From Lama guanicoe (Eukaryota): 64,000 bases of DNA. Of this stretch, positions 11,411 to 23,516 are shown piece by piece. The translations under genes and the position numbers were made by a program. The notes beneath the pieces are model-generated. The model did no database searches and was not told where the DNA came from. It saw nothing but the letters and a program-made list of their open reading frames with translations. Where the stretch lies: contig MU054391.1 in the NCBI GenBank assembly GCA_013239625.1, positions 3,377,130 through 3,441,129 of the forward strand, read 5' to 3'. How positions within the stretch are numbered: the stretch's first letter is position 1; the number at the start of each line of letters is the position of its first letter.

Positions 11411-12377
11411 TCTTTGCTATTTTTTCTTTTGTTCTTACTTTCTCTCAACATTAAAGAACACTTACAAAGCACGTATGCTGCCCCTCAAGGAGCTTAGAGG
11501 AGCATGATTACATTCAGACAATTTGTTTTATTTTCTGTAGCTGCTCTAAATAAGTTTGCAAATGCTAAGTAGGTGATATGTGATATTCAAACCTAATTTT
11601 ATGGTGCTAACGAGGCAAGAGGCTAAAAGAATTCAAACGATGCATTCACAACCCATACTGTATATATTGAATTAAAGTCCATTCACTCATTTTGAAAGAG
11701 AGCTTACAAACGAGACAAAGAACGACATTTAAGTAGTTGGCAAAAATGGGAGGGTGGGGAATAGACCAAGAATTATATGGAGAGGATGCAAATGGATACT
11801 CTCATGAGGGACTTCTGCACACATCAGTGACAGCAGTGAACCATGGACTGGAGAGTGTGCTGAGCTCAGCCCCTGCACCTGAGGAGAAAACACGGAGAAA
11901 TGCTGATGGAGGGCCATGTGGAGTCAAGGTCAGGTGCATTGTCTCTCCTCCAAGGAACCAAGGCTGCTGTTCTGTGTGAGTTCCATCTGCTCTCCAGGAA
12001 GAAGAGACACGGATATGGTTCAGGGAGAAGATGCGCAAGGAAGCTGGTGGAGGAGGAGAAGGACCTCGCCGTTGAGGGAGCACAAATGCTGGGTCAGACA
12101 ACTGGAAATTCTCTCTCCGTTCTCTTGTGTTTCCCTTGAATGACAGCTGCCTCTTCTACTGCGCTTTCCCTTCGGTCCCTTTGGTGTATTAGGTGGACTT
12201 GTGGCCACCTCCTGCTTAGGATGTCCCTAGGCAAGGGCAGGTTTCAGTGCATGTAGTAGGGGTGGCACAGGAGCCCCTCAAGCTGGCTTCTCGTTTAGGG
12301 CAGCTCATTTATTACGCCCTTCGGGAAGCTCTGCTAGCCGTCAGGTGCTGGAGAAGATCCTGACCCGAGAGTAACTC

Positions 12378-12553
12378 ATTTTTTTTTTTAACTTTACTGT
12401 GATATGATTCCCATACCAGCAAACTCACCAATTAAAACTGTAAATAGTTTTTTTTTTAAATTACAGTGACTTTTAGTGTATTTACAGAGTTCAGCAGCTG
12501 TCACTGCAATGTAATTTTAGACGATTCTCATCACTCAGAAAGAAAGCTCCTTG
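12378..12553 (-). mobile_element. L1MB-like 3'-terminal fragment
   Basis: Poly-T, aactttactgtgatatgattc, ttttagtgtatttacagagtt, aattttagacgattctcatcactcagaaagaaa. Confidence 0.8.
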
Positions 12554-12559
12554 TTGATT

Positions 12560-12743
12560 TTCTTTCTGGAAGATTCTATGGTGCTGTTCACCGTCCAAGG
12601 TCCTGAGGGATCAGACTGAGGCTGGACCACGGCCGAGCCCCATCTTCACCCACCTCCTTTCCCTGCCCTGGTGTCACCTGAGATCACACCTTCTCTAGAA
12701 ATCCTGTCTCAGGATCTGCTTCTGGAAAACCTAGTCTGAGGCA
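12560..12743 (+). mobile_element. LTR16B-like LTR 3' portion
   Basis: gggatcagactgaggctgga...agaaatcctgtctcaggatctgcttctggaaaacctagtctgaggca resembles the LTR16 terminus. Confidence 0.65.
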
Positions 12744-12914
12744 CTAATTTTTAACAACATGGTTTCCCACCTAGATTTTTTTAAATGATTAAACATGAAA
12801 CTATATAATAATTTTACATATACTCTCTCTATATATTCTATATTCATGAAACATGTGTCAAGTTCCTCCTATATGTTAACTGATTTAATGTACACAACAT
12901 TATTCTGATACAGA

Positions 12915-13000
12915 TACATTATTACTGCCCCCATTTTACAGATAAGGAAACCAAGACACAGGGAGGTTTGATAGCTTTCATAATGCCATGCAGCTAAAGA
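12915..13000 (-). mobile_element. MIR fragment
   Basis: cccattttacagataaggaaaccaagacacagggaggtt is the MIR core. Confidence 0.75.
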
Positions 13001-13302
13001 TCTTTATTAGTTGGATAAAAAATTTAAGATTCAAAATTAATTTGATCAAATAAGATAATGAGCTATTAGAAATTTAAAATATAATAATTAAAATTTTTAA
13101 AATAAAAATAAGAGTTTTGAAAAAATAAGCCCTACTCACTCCTGGCTCCCCTTTACTGCTCCCACCCGAGCTCTGCTAATATACTTTCTGTGTGTCTATA
13201 GGCTGGACTGGGACCTTCCACACATGTAGAATAATACAACATAAGGTCTCAGTGATTGATTTATTTCATTTTGCATAATGTTTGCAAGATTAGCTAATAT
13301 TG

Positions 13303-13382
13303 GGTGAGGGACGTTATAGCTCAGTGGTAGCATGCCTGCCTAGCGTGATGAGGTCCTGGGTTAAATTCCCAACACTGCCATT

Positions 13383-13433
<51 letters not shown>

Positions 13434-13490
13434 ATAAATAAATACATAAAATAAACCTAATGACTTCTCCTCCCCCTACACACATAAAAA
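13303..13490 (+). mobile_element. Vic-1-like SINE with (GATA)n tail
   Basis: tatagctcagtggtagcatgcctgcctagc..gaggtcctgggttaaattccc head, tail aataaacctaat. TSD attagctaatattg (13289) / atcagctaatgttg (13491). Confidence 0.9.
13384..13431. repeat. (GATA)n microsatellite inside the SINE tail
   Basis: Seen directly. Confidence 0.95.
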
Positions 13491-15799
13491 ATCAGCTAAT
13501 GTTGTATATACTTAGTAAGGAGCCCGGTACGAGGACCAGCTCATCAAGCACAGACTGCGTTTCTGCCATAAATCCTTCCCTACTGTGTGCTTCCCCTTTG
13601 CTCTACTTCTTAAATGATTTTGGTTCTTCTTGTCTCTACCCAGTTGGCCTTAAAGAAGGAGAACGCCTGTGCTTCCCAGCAACCTCACGGTCAAGCGGCT
13701 TTCCCCGGCTTGCGTCATCCCACTCAGTGGCTTAACATCGCAGATGCAGCCAGATGGCAAAAGGGAGAGAGGAGAGGGAAATCGAAGTTTCCTTTAAGTC
13801 ATGCGCTGTGTTGTAGACACTCCGATGCTCTGTCCACAGGTAAACCGGTGCTTTTGTTCCCTCTGCTCCTTTGTACAGGTTATGTACAGAGTACAGAGTT
13901 ATTTCGTCCATCACGCGAGGGGTTTCTCTCAGTTGAATTTGCCTCTTACTATGTCTTAAGACATATTAGAAACAAGCACGTGAGTAAGTGGAGTTCCAGG
14001 TATAATAAGATGTTTAAGTCATTTGATACACATCTTTGACTTCCCTCTTTTTTCACCAAACCCATCCTTCCATTACAAATACACATATTCAAAAGGATCA
14101 AAAAGTATTTGCTTCTTTGTTAATCTGAATTCAGGTGATTGTGACGGATTTGGTGCCCCAGAGCCTAACAGTGGCATCCATAAAGCCTGGCGTGCAGTAG
14201 CTTGTCATCAGGTGTGGAATACAGGAAGAGAGGGAGGGAGGGAGGAGGGAAGAAATGATGAAAATGAAGCAATCAACCCAGGCAGCGACCCGAGACTGGG
14301 CTTTCTCAGACTGGTTGATACATCAGTGTGAGCACGTCTCATCTCATGGTTTTAGTTGTCTTTACCTAAATGTTCTTAGCTGAAATATTTTCTCTTTCTT
14401 CCAGGAAAGTATGAAACAAATTAAATACTGAGCGTAAAGCGATTTGGTAAGGTTGATGCATGCAAACCACAAAAAATAAATAAATAATTTTTTCTAGGGC
14501 TGATTCATCCATTCCTCTAGGTTTTCCCTAGCTGCAACGGCTCTCAGGAGTGTCTCCGTTTCCTAAAGGGCTCCAGGCGCTGACTTTAAGCTCGCTCGCT
14601 CACGCACCCTTCCGCTGTGATGCTCAGACAGCCGTACGAGGACTCGTAATTAACACCCTTGCAGAGATCAGATGTGTTTCAGTACTGAGTTGTTGTGAGC
14701 ACCACGAGTTTGGGGTCTGTGCTTCCAAGTCTATAGTGCTGTTAGTCTAATAGCTGTCTCATCGAGAGTATCAAAAGCTAATTATTTTGAATATACAGGA
14801 ATATATACACCATCAACACTATGCCTATTTTAATAGTAACCTGAAGGACTAACTAGAATGATTAGAAACACAACAGTTAATTTCATTTTAGGGTCAACCA
14901 ACAGCATTCATATCTGTATGAGAGTCATTATTAACCTGTGATCCCAAATAATGGATATATTTGGAGCTCTCATAGATGTGATGGACCCGTCAGCTCCAGC
15001 ATCGCCTGTGGCCTATTCTGCTGAGGAGGAAGTGAGCTGGAATTCCAGCTCTCATCTCTTTGCACCTCCTTTGTCACTTAGAAGCGGTAGCAGTGTTTAA
15101 CCATTTGGTTTCCAAATATGTAAGAGGCCCCAAAAAAGAAAAAAATTATTATAGAAGATACAGTAAAATAATATTATTTCAAGGTATCATTGGTTTTAAA
15201 AATTAATCTTATTTCTATCATCATCAGTTCACAATGATGAGAAATTTCTGAGTCACACAATTTACTCCAATACTTAAAAAAAGAATATTGTTAAGAAAGA
15301 GAAAGTTTGAAAAATATGAATAACATGCTCCTATTCATTAAAAATAAATTTAAAAAGTGAATAATTTTTTTAACAAAGCTTAAAATAAACATAACTGAAA
15401 AAATATTATTTGGAGTTAGGCATGGTAAAATTATTAAAAATGAAAGCAAGGTAAATGGATATAAAATTCAAGATAGTGATCATTTCTGTGTGAAGACAGA
15501 AGTATGGGCTTGGGGAAGAGCGTAAAGATGGTTTCAACAGAATTTTTTATAAAGGCACATGAATAATGGCTAACTGATTGTTTCAGAAAAAGGAGGTTTG
15601 GAGTGTTGGACAGGAGACTTGATGTTTAATATCTATTCTTTGTATTGCTTAAATATTTGCATTTACATATGTGTTTTCAAACTTTAATCAAAGAATAACT
15701 CAATCAAAGAAAATTAAGACACAACATATATTGAGCCATTTCAAGGAATGCAAAGCTATGAGAGGCTGTGAGATCACAGACATGGCAATAATACAATAA

Positions 15800-16020
15800 T
15801 AACAACAAAATAAAAAGAATATCTAACAAATATTGAGAATTGACTCTGTTCCAGACATTCTTCTAAGCACATATTATAGATTAATTTTTTTTAATCTCCA
15901 GAGTCTTACTAGGTAAACAGTACATTTTTTTCTCTTTTACAAATAAATAAACTGATATTTATGCAATCATAAAATTTGCTCAAGACCGTACAACTGGTAC
16001 ATGAAATAGCTGAGATGGTG
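15800..16020 (-). mobile_element. MIR
   Basis: ctaacaaatattgagaattgactctgttccagacattcttctaagcac...ttttacaaataaataaactga...aatttgctcaagacc. Confidence 0.7.
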
Positions 16021-18299
16021 AGCTTTTCTGACACTAACATTTAAGCATATCCCCTGCCTACAAGGAACTGAGTTTCTGGAAAGTCACTCCTGCTGCCTGA
16101 GTGCTCTGGCCATGCTCTTTTTAACTCCACTTGGAGAAATGGCAGAAACCGTGACTCTTCACAGGTGCCCAGCTGCCCTTCTCTGGGGGTTGAGAATCCA
16201 ATCATAAAAGCAAGACAAAGATGGCAGAGAAATTACCACAAAATTGGCAAGCAAGCCTTATCAGAACCAATTCTGTAAACTCCCAACAGGGAGCCACCTC
16301 GGCAGTCTGCAAGGGTGCAACGAGATGTAGTAGTTTCGCTAAAGAAGAAAACATGGCAGTCACGGCGGTGGTTTCTACAGGGCCAGTTTGGGGAAGGGGC
16401 TATGCACAAGGTGTAGTGTGGCGTGAGTACAGGGAATAAATCCCCACAGAAGTTCAGCAGCATAATCTTTCCCCTGCAGAATTGGACCAAACTCCAGAAA
16501 GCATCAAAGATGTCTTTAGAAGATGGAAAGTTCTGGAGGCTTCACTATTATTGTTGCCTTGCTTTAACTTATTTAGTTTCCCCGCTTCCTTTGGTTAAGA
16601 ATATCCAGGACAGGAACGAGAAGCCAAGGGAGGAAAAGAGGAAAGGGAAGAAATGACGCTGAGTTGAGTGACAATGGCTGGCCTTGGGCCATGGCCTTGC
16701 CCACTTCCTGCCAGCTCAGCTCCTCGGCCAGCTGGTGGCATCATTTGTGGGGAGGGCGAGAAGGCAGCCCGAGTGCAGGGCACTTCCCGGGCCAGATGGA
16801 AGAGGGGCAACAGCAGGGAAGGGAGTCACGCATGGCTGGTGTGGCAGCCCTGTTCCATTTGGCAGGGAGCAGACGTGGATGGATGGGAGGCCCAGGAGGG
16901 TGGAGAGCCCCACACATCTCAGCAGCACTCCGTCCCCCTGACCGGCCATCTGGGCAGCCATCACGGACAGCCTGCACTCTGTTCTCCAAGAACTGAGCTT
17001 TGGGGAGTGATTGATTACTCCTCAGTTAGAATCTACCTTTTCGCATGACTGATGTCTTAATTCCTCTCGCAGCTTCAGAGAAGACTTAGCATGTGCACCT
17101 CCTCAACTTTTAAGAAATCTGTATTTAAATAATTGACAGCAGCACACTTGTCACATCAACAGTTTTGAAAGTATATACTTTTTCATCACTAACCCTTGAA
17201 GCTGATACAGTCTATTGAATTCTTAATTTATACACAAGAACTCTCTTAAAAAATGGATCCTTAACACAATGAGGCTTTGATATGATATGTCTTTTCAAGC
17301 CCGCAGCACTGATCTACGTATTGAAACATCTTGTGACAAACATGGCTGAGGGTTCTTAACCGGCAATTTTCAACTGCTTTAGAAAATGGCTAGGGTGAGG
17401 GTTGCAGGGACTGACGGAAGAGGGGTCGGAACGCATCATTATCTCCCCACTAATGTGTCTGCTTAGGATGGTAAAGCCTTCTTGTGCACTGAATTGTGAT
17501 GATACTTCACCAAAAGGGCGGTTCTATGAAGCTGTTCAGTGAAGTCCCTCCACGGCGTTGACATGCACATCTTCCCTCCCCTCCGGCCCGCTGTGCGGGC
17601 TTGTCCAGCGGACAGCTCTCTGGCCCTGGTACTTGCTCCAGCTGTTCCCTGAATCCAAGTCAAGGAGCACAGAGTGATGGGAATGTGGCCGTAACTGTCC
17701 TGCACCTGAAGCTCACCTTATGAATTCTAGTCATGTGCAATTTTCTTTTTATGTATGTATCTATCTTGTCTTTGGGATTAAAAAAAAAAATCCAGGCACT
17801 CAGAGGCTGAGATTACTGAATTGGGGATAAAATGCCCTGGGTACGTTGCTCTAAATGATGTCAATGATCTTATATCTACCAGGACTAATGATTTCCTACA
17901 GATTGATAAGTGACACGGAGAAAAACACTTAGCAAACACACAGCCCACGGGCACGCATTCAAGTTCCCTGTGACAAAGAGTAACAAGTCAGGCACAAAAG
18001 GATCATGAGAACAGATGATCTCCTGTGTTGGTTTTACGAGCCTGGATCCCTACTAAAGAAAGTGGATGGTGTTGAAGATATTAAGCAGACTTCCAGTTTC
18101 TGCAAGCACTAATAAATCTGTGGCAAGATAGTTTTTTTCAACAAAATGTCATCATAGAGCTCTGATTCATGACTCTGTCAATCACCAGTCTTTGATAAAA
18201 GAGCCTTTTATTATATTCTGTCACATCTGCATCCAGAGGCATGCCCTGTGCTGAGCTGGGGATTTGGTATCTGCCTTGTTTTTAATACTCAAACTAGGC

Positions 18300-18550
18300 A
18301 GCATCTTTGGGTCTGTTCCTTCCCTTCCTTCTCTCCCCTTCTTATTCCTTTGGTCCATCCTCCTTTGTCCATCTCATCCTCAGTTCTTCTCTGTCTCCTT
18401 CTTTGGTTTGATCAGCTCTCCCTTCCCTTCCTTTTCTGACGCCATCTTCCTTTCCGCCTTCTTCTCTCTGCTTCTCACATTTCTTTTCTTGCTACTCCAC
18501 TTCCCTGTTTTGTGTCTCTTCCTTTTCTTACCCTCTCCTTTGTTTTTAGT
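18300..18550. repeat. Pyrimidine-rich low-complexity tract
   Basis: Strongly C/T-biased plus strand over about 250 bp. Confidence 0.8.
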
Positions 18551-20058
18551 AATAGCTGCTGGTTCATGAATGTCTGACCTTCCTTCCCTGGGGGCCCTGA
18601 CCTTCAAATGATTGGGGCCACTTTTTCCTTTCAATTCATCTGAATTCCCTCTGATCTATTCAAGATGCTCTAAAATCCCAGGTCTCTTTGTTGATGCCTC
18701 ACTAGGAAATTCTGTGGAAAGGAAAACTGGGAAAAGGAATGGCCTTTGGCGGAAGTAAGCCTTTGCGTGGGGGGGGGGTCTCAAGTCATCGTGACCCCAC
18801 TCTCCTTTTCTTCTGATGCCTCCTGTCTTCCACGGTCCCTCATTTTCTATTTCCTGACACTTTGTAGGATCGTCACATGTAACACATGATCTAAATAATT
18901 TGGATGGAGGCTGGATTGGGAAATAGGGAAGTACCCCTTCCTGTGTCTTGGCTGGAGGGTGTGGTATTTAGAAAGAAATGTACCATCTATGAAAAGGAAA
19001 GTATGCTGTCCTTTTGGAGGGCAAGTATTTCTTCAGATCCCAGCTCTTTTGTTAGTTAGATGCCCAGACGCAGGCATGAAGAGCTCAGTGAGCTCTGTTA
19101 TTTGAGAACATCGGGTTTCCCCTGTGAGTCTCTCCTCCCTGGTCCAGATTTCTGTGCAGCTGAGCACCGCCATATGTGGTGAAACGCGAGTCGTCTGCTT
19201 GCGCTCCTTATGGCCATGTTGGTGCGGCAGCTGCTCTGGCAAGAAGCGTCGAAGAGTCTGTGAACCATTCCAGTCCGTGCCACTCTCCCGTGTGTTTCTG
19301 GGTGCAATTATGGGATTTCCATCCACAGAATTCTATGCATTTTGAGATCCAGGTACCTTCTGAATCCCTCGGCCTGCCCCCGTGGGCCAGAGATCACCCA
19401 GAGGACACCACTTCAGCTCTGCATAGTGGTCACGAGAAATGAGAAAGAGTAGATGCTTTTAATTTTTAAAAAATTAAAAATTATCCTAGAGTTTAAGAAT
19501 GCTCACATTCATATTATAAATGTGTGTTATCTGAGCACATGTCAGTATAATACTTAACGTATGATGAATACATACTACACTCTTTTCAACTTTTCTTTAC
19601 TTCAGAAGACACTGCTTCTTTTCAAAGCAATGAAAGCCACCTCTGGTTATCCTGCTTTCCATAAGCTAGCATTTGAGGAAAATGTTTTTGCATGGAATCC
19701 TGAGAATCTGTTGGTTTTTCAGTTGGCCAGAATGTTAGTGACAACACATTTCATATTAATAATCGTCATGATATTACAGTGCACATAATCATAAAAGTCA
19801 CAGAATGCTACATCTAGAGGAAACCCTGAGAGCAAATAAATACATTTCAGAGTCAAAACATTTTTATATAACCACCATAGAATAATAATATGGTGGTAGG
19901 TAAGTACACGATTATAAACCAATATATTAAATTCCTCAGCATTTTCATGTACTTCATTTTGAGCTAACATACACATTTGAAAACATACTAACTGAAGAGA
20001 TATGTGTGATATATTTATTTCAATTCCCAAAAAATTCTTGATCCAACATTGCGTCAGA

Positions 20059-20212
20059 GGGGGGAAGGGTACACAGCTCAAGTGGCAGAGCACATGCTCA
20101 GCATGCACGAGGTCTCGGGTTCAATCCCCAGCATCTCCCCAAAAAATAAGCAGACCTGACTACCCCCCACACCAAAATAAAATAGTTAAATAATATAATA
20201 AAAAGTTTTTAA
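20059..20212 (+). mobile_element. Vic-1-like SINE
   Basis: agctcaagtggcagagcacatgctcagcatgcacgaggtctcgggttcaatccccagc head, A-rich tail, TSD remnant tgcgtcaga / cgcatcaga. Confidence 0.9.
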
Positions 20213-20649
20213 AAAACGCATCAGAAAGTCACTGTAGTGACTCCATATTGTGCTGTGCACAGGCCTTTGCCCCCCAGGGTACAAACTCCAGCCACAAGAT
20301 GACCCAGGGCCACACCCGGCTCTAGTTTGCTCAGAAGAACAGAGGAGGGGCCAGACCTGGCCACGTGCAGCCGGGTTTTCCTCGGCCACAGCGGGGACCC
20401 GGCAGCGGCACAGGCACAGGACCCACACAGGTGTGAGGAGAGCAGACCCACCTGGGGCGGCCCAGGAGCTGCCCTGGCTTAAAATCTTCCGGATTAAAAC
20501 CTCAGACCCTAAACTGAGTCAGGCCCTTGGTCAGTCAGTTTCACAGACATAAAGACAGACCAGTTACAGGGGCCACCACTTTCCGGGGAGCCCAAAGCAC
20601 GGTGTGCATCAGCTATTTATACCTCATTTGTTGTTCCTTCCAGTTTACT

Positions 20650-20826
20650 TTTAAATTTAAAAAATTTACCTATTTGTTTACTTATCATTATCATTCTTTT
20701 ACTTTATAACATAACTTTAAGGTTTTTCTTTATTTACTTTTTTTTAATGGAGGTGCTGGGGGTTGAACCCAGGACCTCATGCGTGCTAAGCACACACTCT
20801 GCCATTCAACTGTACCCCCAAGCCCC
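20650..20826 (-). mobile_element. Vic-1-like SINE
   Basis: ttttaatggaggtgctgggggttgaacccaggacctcatgcgtgctaagcacacactctgcc preceded by a T-rich tail. Left boundary approximate. Confidence 0.88.
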
Positions 20827-21404
20827 TTCGTGTTTTGACACAAGGTCCAGTCGTAGCCATGTTATCCTAAGGAGGGTTCCCTAGTAACAAGTTCACCTTT
20901 GCTGGTTTACCAGGGAAACTGAGCCAGACAGTGTGATGGAAGGTCAGCCTGGAACCACGGATCAGGTGCAGACCCTTTGGGGTTGAAGGGCAGGTTAAGT
21001 CCCTGCTTTCTTGTCCTGTCCTGGGACACCAGGCCATCTGGTGACAGGCGGCAGCTGATTCTGGAAGTCTGGACTTACCCTGACCTGATGTCACTGCACA
21101 GCATTCACATGAAATATTAGGTGAAAAGTTATAACCCCAAACAGCACCCACAACACAGCACGGCTCCCTGACTGTGACCACACTGTTCAAGCTTATAAAG
21201 AGCTTGTCTTAGGAGCAGAATCCAAGACTTTGTTCACTTTGGGTGAGACTATATTTCTCATCTCCCTTTGACTTACCAGAGTTCTCACTCGGTCCCATAA
21301 AATTAGATCTGGATTTATTAAATTTCTTACTTATATTGATATTTGGAGTATGAACTGGTCTTCACTAGCCTATATTGTGCTTAATACATAGATTCCAAAG
21401 TCAT

Positions 21405-22240
21405 TTTCAATCCATTAATAAATGAAGGTGTATTTAGCTATTGCCATGAGCCAAACATGATCCTAGACAGTTTGTAAAGGAAGGCAGATATTAGATTAAA
21501 AATCTTGTCTTTACAGAACTTTCCATTTTCAGTTCAGTTGAGAAATTAAAACATAGGGAGGAATTAACCAAATCAGAGAGAAAATGTGCTAAGTATCAAC
21601 AACAAACATTCTGCTGCAGACAGACCACATTTTATTGTGCTTTCTCAAAAGTGAAGGTCTGTGGGCAGCCCTGTGTTGAGCAAGTCTATTAGCACATTTT
21701 TCTAATATTCACTCACCTTGTGTCTTTGTGTCACATTTTGGTAATTCTCATAATTTTTCAAACTTCATTATTATTATATTTGTTATGGTGATTTGTGATC
21801 AGTGATCTTTGATGTTACTATTGCAAAAAGATGATGACTTGCTTAAGGGTCAGATGACAGCAATTTTTTTAGCAATGAAGTATTTTTAACTAAGGTATTG
21901 GCATTGTTTTTTTAGGAACACTAATGCACCCTCAACAGACTATAGCATAGTGTAAACATAACTTTTATATGCACTGGGAAGCCAAAAAATTTGCGTGACT
22001 CACTTTTTTGGCGACAATCGCTCTGTTGTGGTGGCCTGGAACCAAAACCACAGCATCTCCCGGGATGCCTGTAAAGGACAGTACATCTCCAACAGGGATA
22101 CGGCTATAGGATAGCACCAACCACAAACACCATCAGACCCATTAGAGAGGGATTATTTTGACCAACGTGCATCAGTAAAGGCTCAGGAAGGTCATGAGAA
22201 TTGAGTTAGTCTTTAAATAATGAGTCAACCCTATCCTGGA
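21405..22240 (-). mobile_element. L2 fragment interrupted by the Tigger MITE
   Basis: Degenerate L2 3' region on both sides of 21617-22071 (tatttagctattgccatgagccaaacatg; aggaaggtcatgagaattgagttagtcttt). Confidence 0.45.
21617..22071 (+). mobile_element. Internally deleted Tigger1 MITE (Tigger1a-type, TcMar-Tigger)
   Basis: Both Tigger1 ends are fused: gtgtcacattttggtaattctc..gtgatcagtgatctttgatgttactattg | caaaaagatgatgact..gtgtaaacataacttttatatgcactgggaa..gatgcctg, followed by TA. Confidence 0.9.
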
Positions 22241-22745
22241 ATAATGTATAGGATTTATGTAGATTTTCTATAGACTGAACAGAAGTGGTTCTCTTTTTCC
22301 AGATTCAAAACATAAGTGGAAGTGAAGTTTCAGCCTCGGAATCCAGGATGTTTTCTTTCTTCTTACTAAATATGGAGAGGTAACCACTTATCTCAAGGAA
22401 AAGCAGAAATAGTTTGGTGGGGACCCCAACTCCCTTTGCCCACATACGTCATTGAACGTGAGACCGTGCCTTAGTTTTCATTCTGAAGTCTCAAGGTTCC
22501 CGACAATCTTCCGTGTCTTACAAAATACCTATTACTTTACTTACCAAATTGTGCTGCATTATACGGATTCAGGCTCTTTATTCCCACCAATATCACAGGG
22601 CTTATCACATACTAGGAGCTGAATGCACATTGAACAGACCAGAAATAACAAGATAAAGATTCAATGCATGACACTTCCCTCAATACTAGCCTAAGGGTCT
22701 GGGTCTGCGTCATGGTGAGGATTTCTCAAAAGTACCTAGAGTAAG

Positions 22746-22877
22746 TTGGATGGCCATACTTTCTGGTTTTCTAGGGAGAGTTTCAGTTATGTCTGTTTCC
22801 CTGCAAAACTAATAATAATCTCTTTTTTCGCTCTTAATGTTCTCAGAGTTTAGACAATAAATTATATGGCCATCCAA
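22746..22877. mobile_element. MER94-like hAT-Blackjack MITE
   Basis: Perfect 13-bp terminal inverted repeat ttggatggccata / tatggccatccaa, and tttagacaataaattatatgg typical of MER94. Confidence 0.85.
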
Positions 22878-23098
22878 ATTATGAGGCTAATTTTAAGATG
22901 ACAAGTGCCATATGTATTTGTCTATTTTAATACCATGAAACAGAAATAACCATTTTTAACAACTTAGTTAATCATTTCTCTATTTAAAAGCATATATATG
23001 TTAAAAAAAAAACATAGAGTCGCATTTTATGTATGTCTTATATTCTCCTTTTCTTTTAATGCAAAATAACCTCTGGCTTATGAAAGGAACAGGCACTC

Positions 23099-23347
23099 CA
23101 GTGGTTTGCTGGAGATGATTTGCATAGACTTACAAGAGGCAATTAGGGACAACCTTCCCAAAGATGTGTTCACTGTTGTTGAGTTGGACACAAAATAAGC
23201 CACAATGGGTGTATTGACACCATGGAAATTGTCAAACACTACAGATCAGAGATCAAGGTTTGCTTTTTTTCTTTTTTCTCCTTTTTCTTTCTTTCTTTCT
23301 TTCTTTATTTGAGAGTCAGCTGTAAAACACTTACCAGCATGACAGTG
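23099..23347. mobile_element. MER63A-like hAT-Blackjack element
   Basis: cagtggtttgctggag...gtattgacaccatggaaattgtcaaacactacagatcag...gagagtcagctgtaaaacacttaccagcatgacagtg. Confidence 0.85.
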
Positions 23348-23381
23348 GGTGCTAATAACAGACAGTTATGATAGCATTGAT

Positions 23382-23516
23382 GGAGGGAGGGTATAGTTCA
23401 AGTGGTAGAGTGCATGCTTAGCATGCACAAAGTCCTGGGTTCAATTCCCAGTAACTCCGCTAATGATAAATAAATAAATAAACCTAATTACCTTTCCCAA
23501 AATAACAATCAAAATA
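23382..23516 (+). mobile_element. Vic-1-like SINE
   Basis: ggagggtatagttcaagtggtagagtgcatgcttagcatgcacaaagtcctgggttcaattcccagt plus tail taaataaataaacctaattacc. Confidence 0.92.

Larger units (their letters stand above)
13130..13515 (-). mobile_element. L1MB-like 3' UTR fragment interrupted by a SINE
   Basis: ctaatatactttctgtgtgtctatagg, gaataatacaacata, tttcattttgcataatgtttgcaagatt. Confidence 0.7.

Noticed and set aside
10379..11507. Multiple overlapping Arg/Pro/Gly-rich ORFs
   Set aside because: Expected from stop-poor CpG-island DNA and the (TTCC)n repeat.
18248..18634. Hydrophobic and Lys/Arg-rich ORFs resembling membrane or basic proteins
   Set aside because: Artefact of a CT-rich low-complexity tract.
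23382..23460. tRNA-Ala(AGC)-like sequences (also at 9256, 13303, 20059, 20745)
   Set aside because: They are SINE heads with degenerate stems, A-rich tails and TSDs, not tRNA genes.
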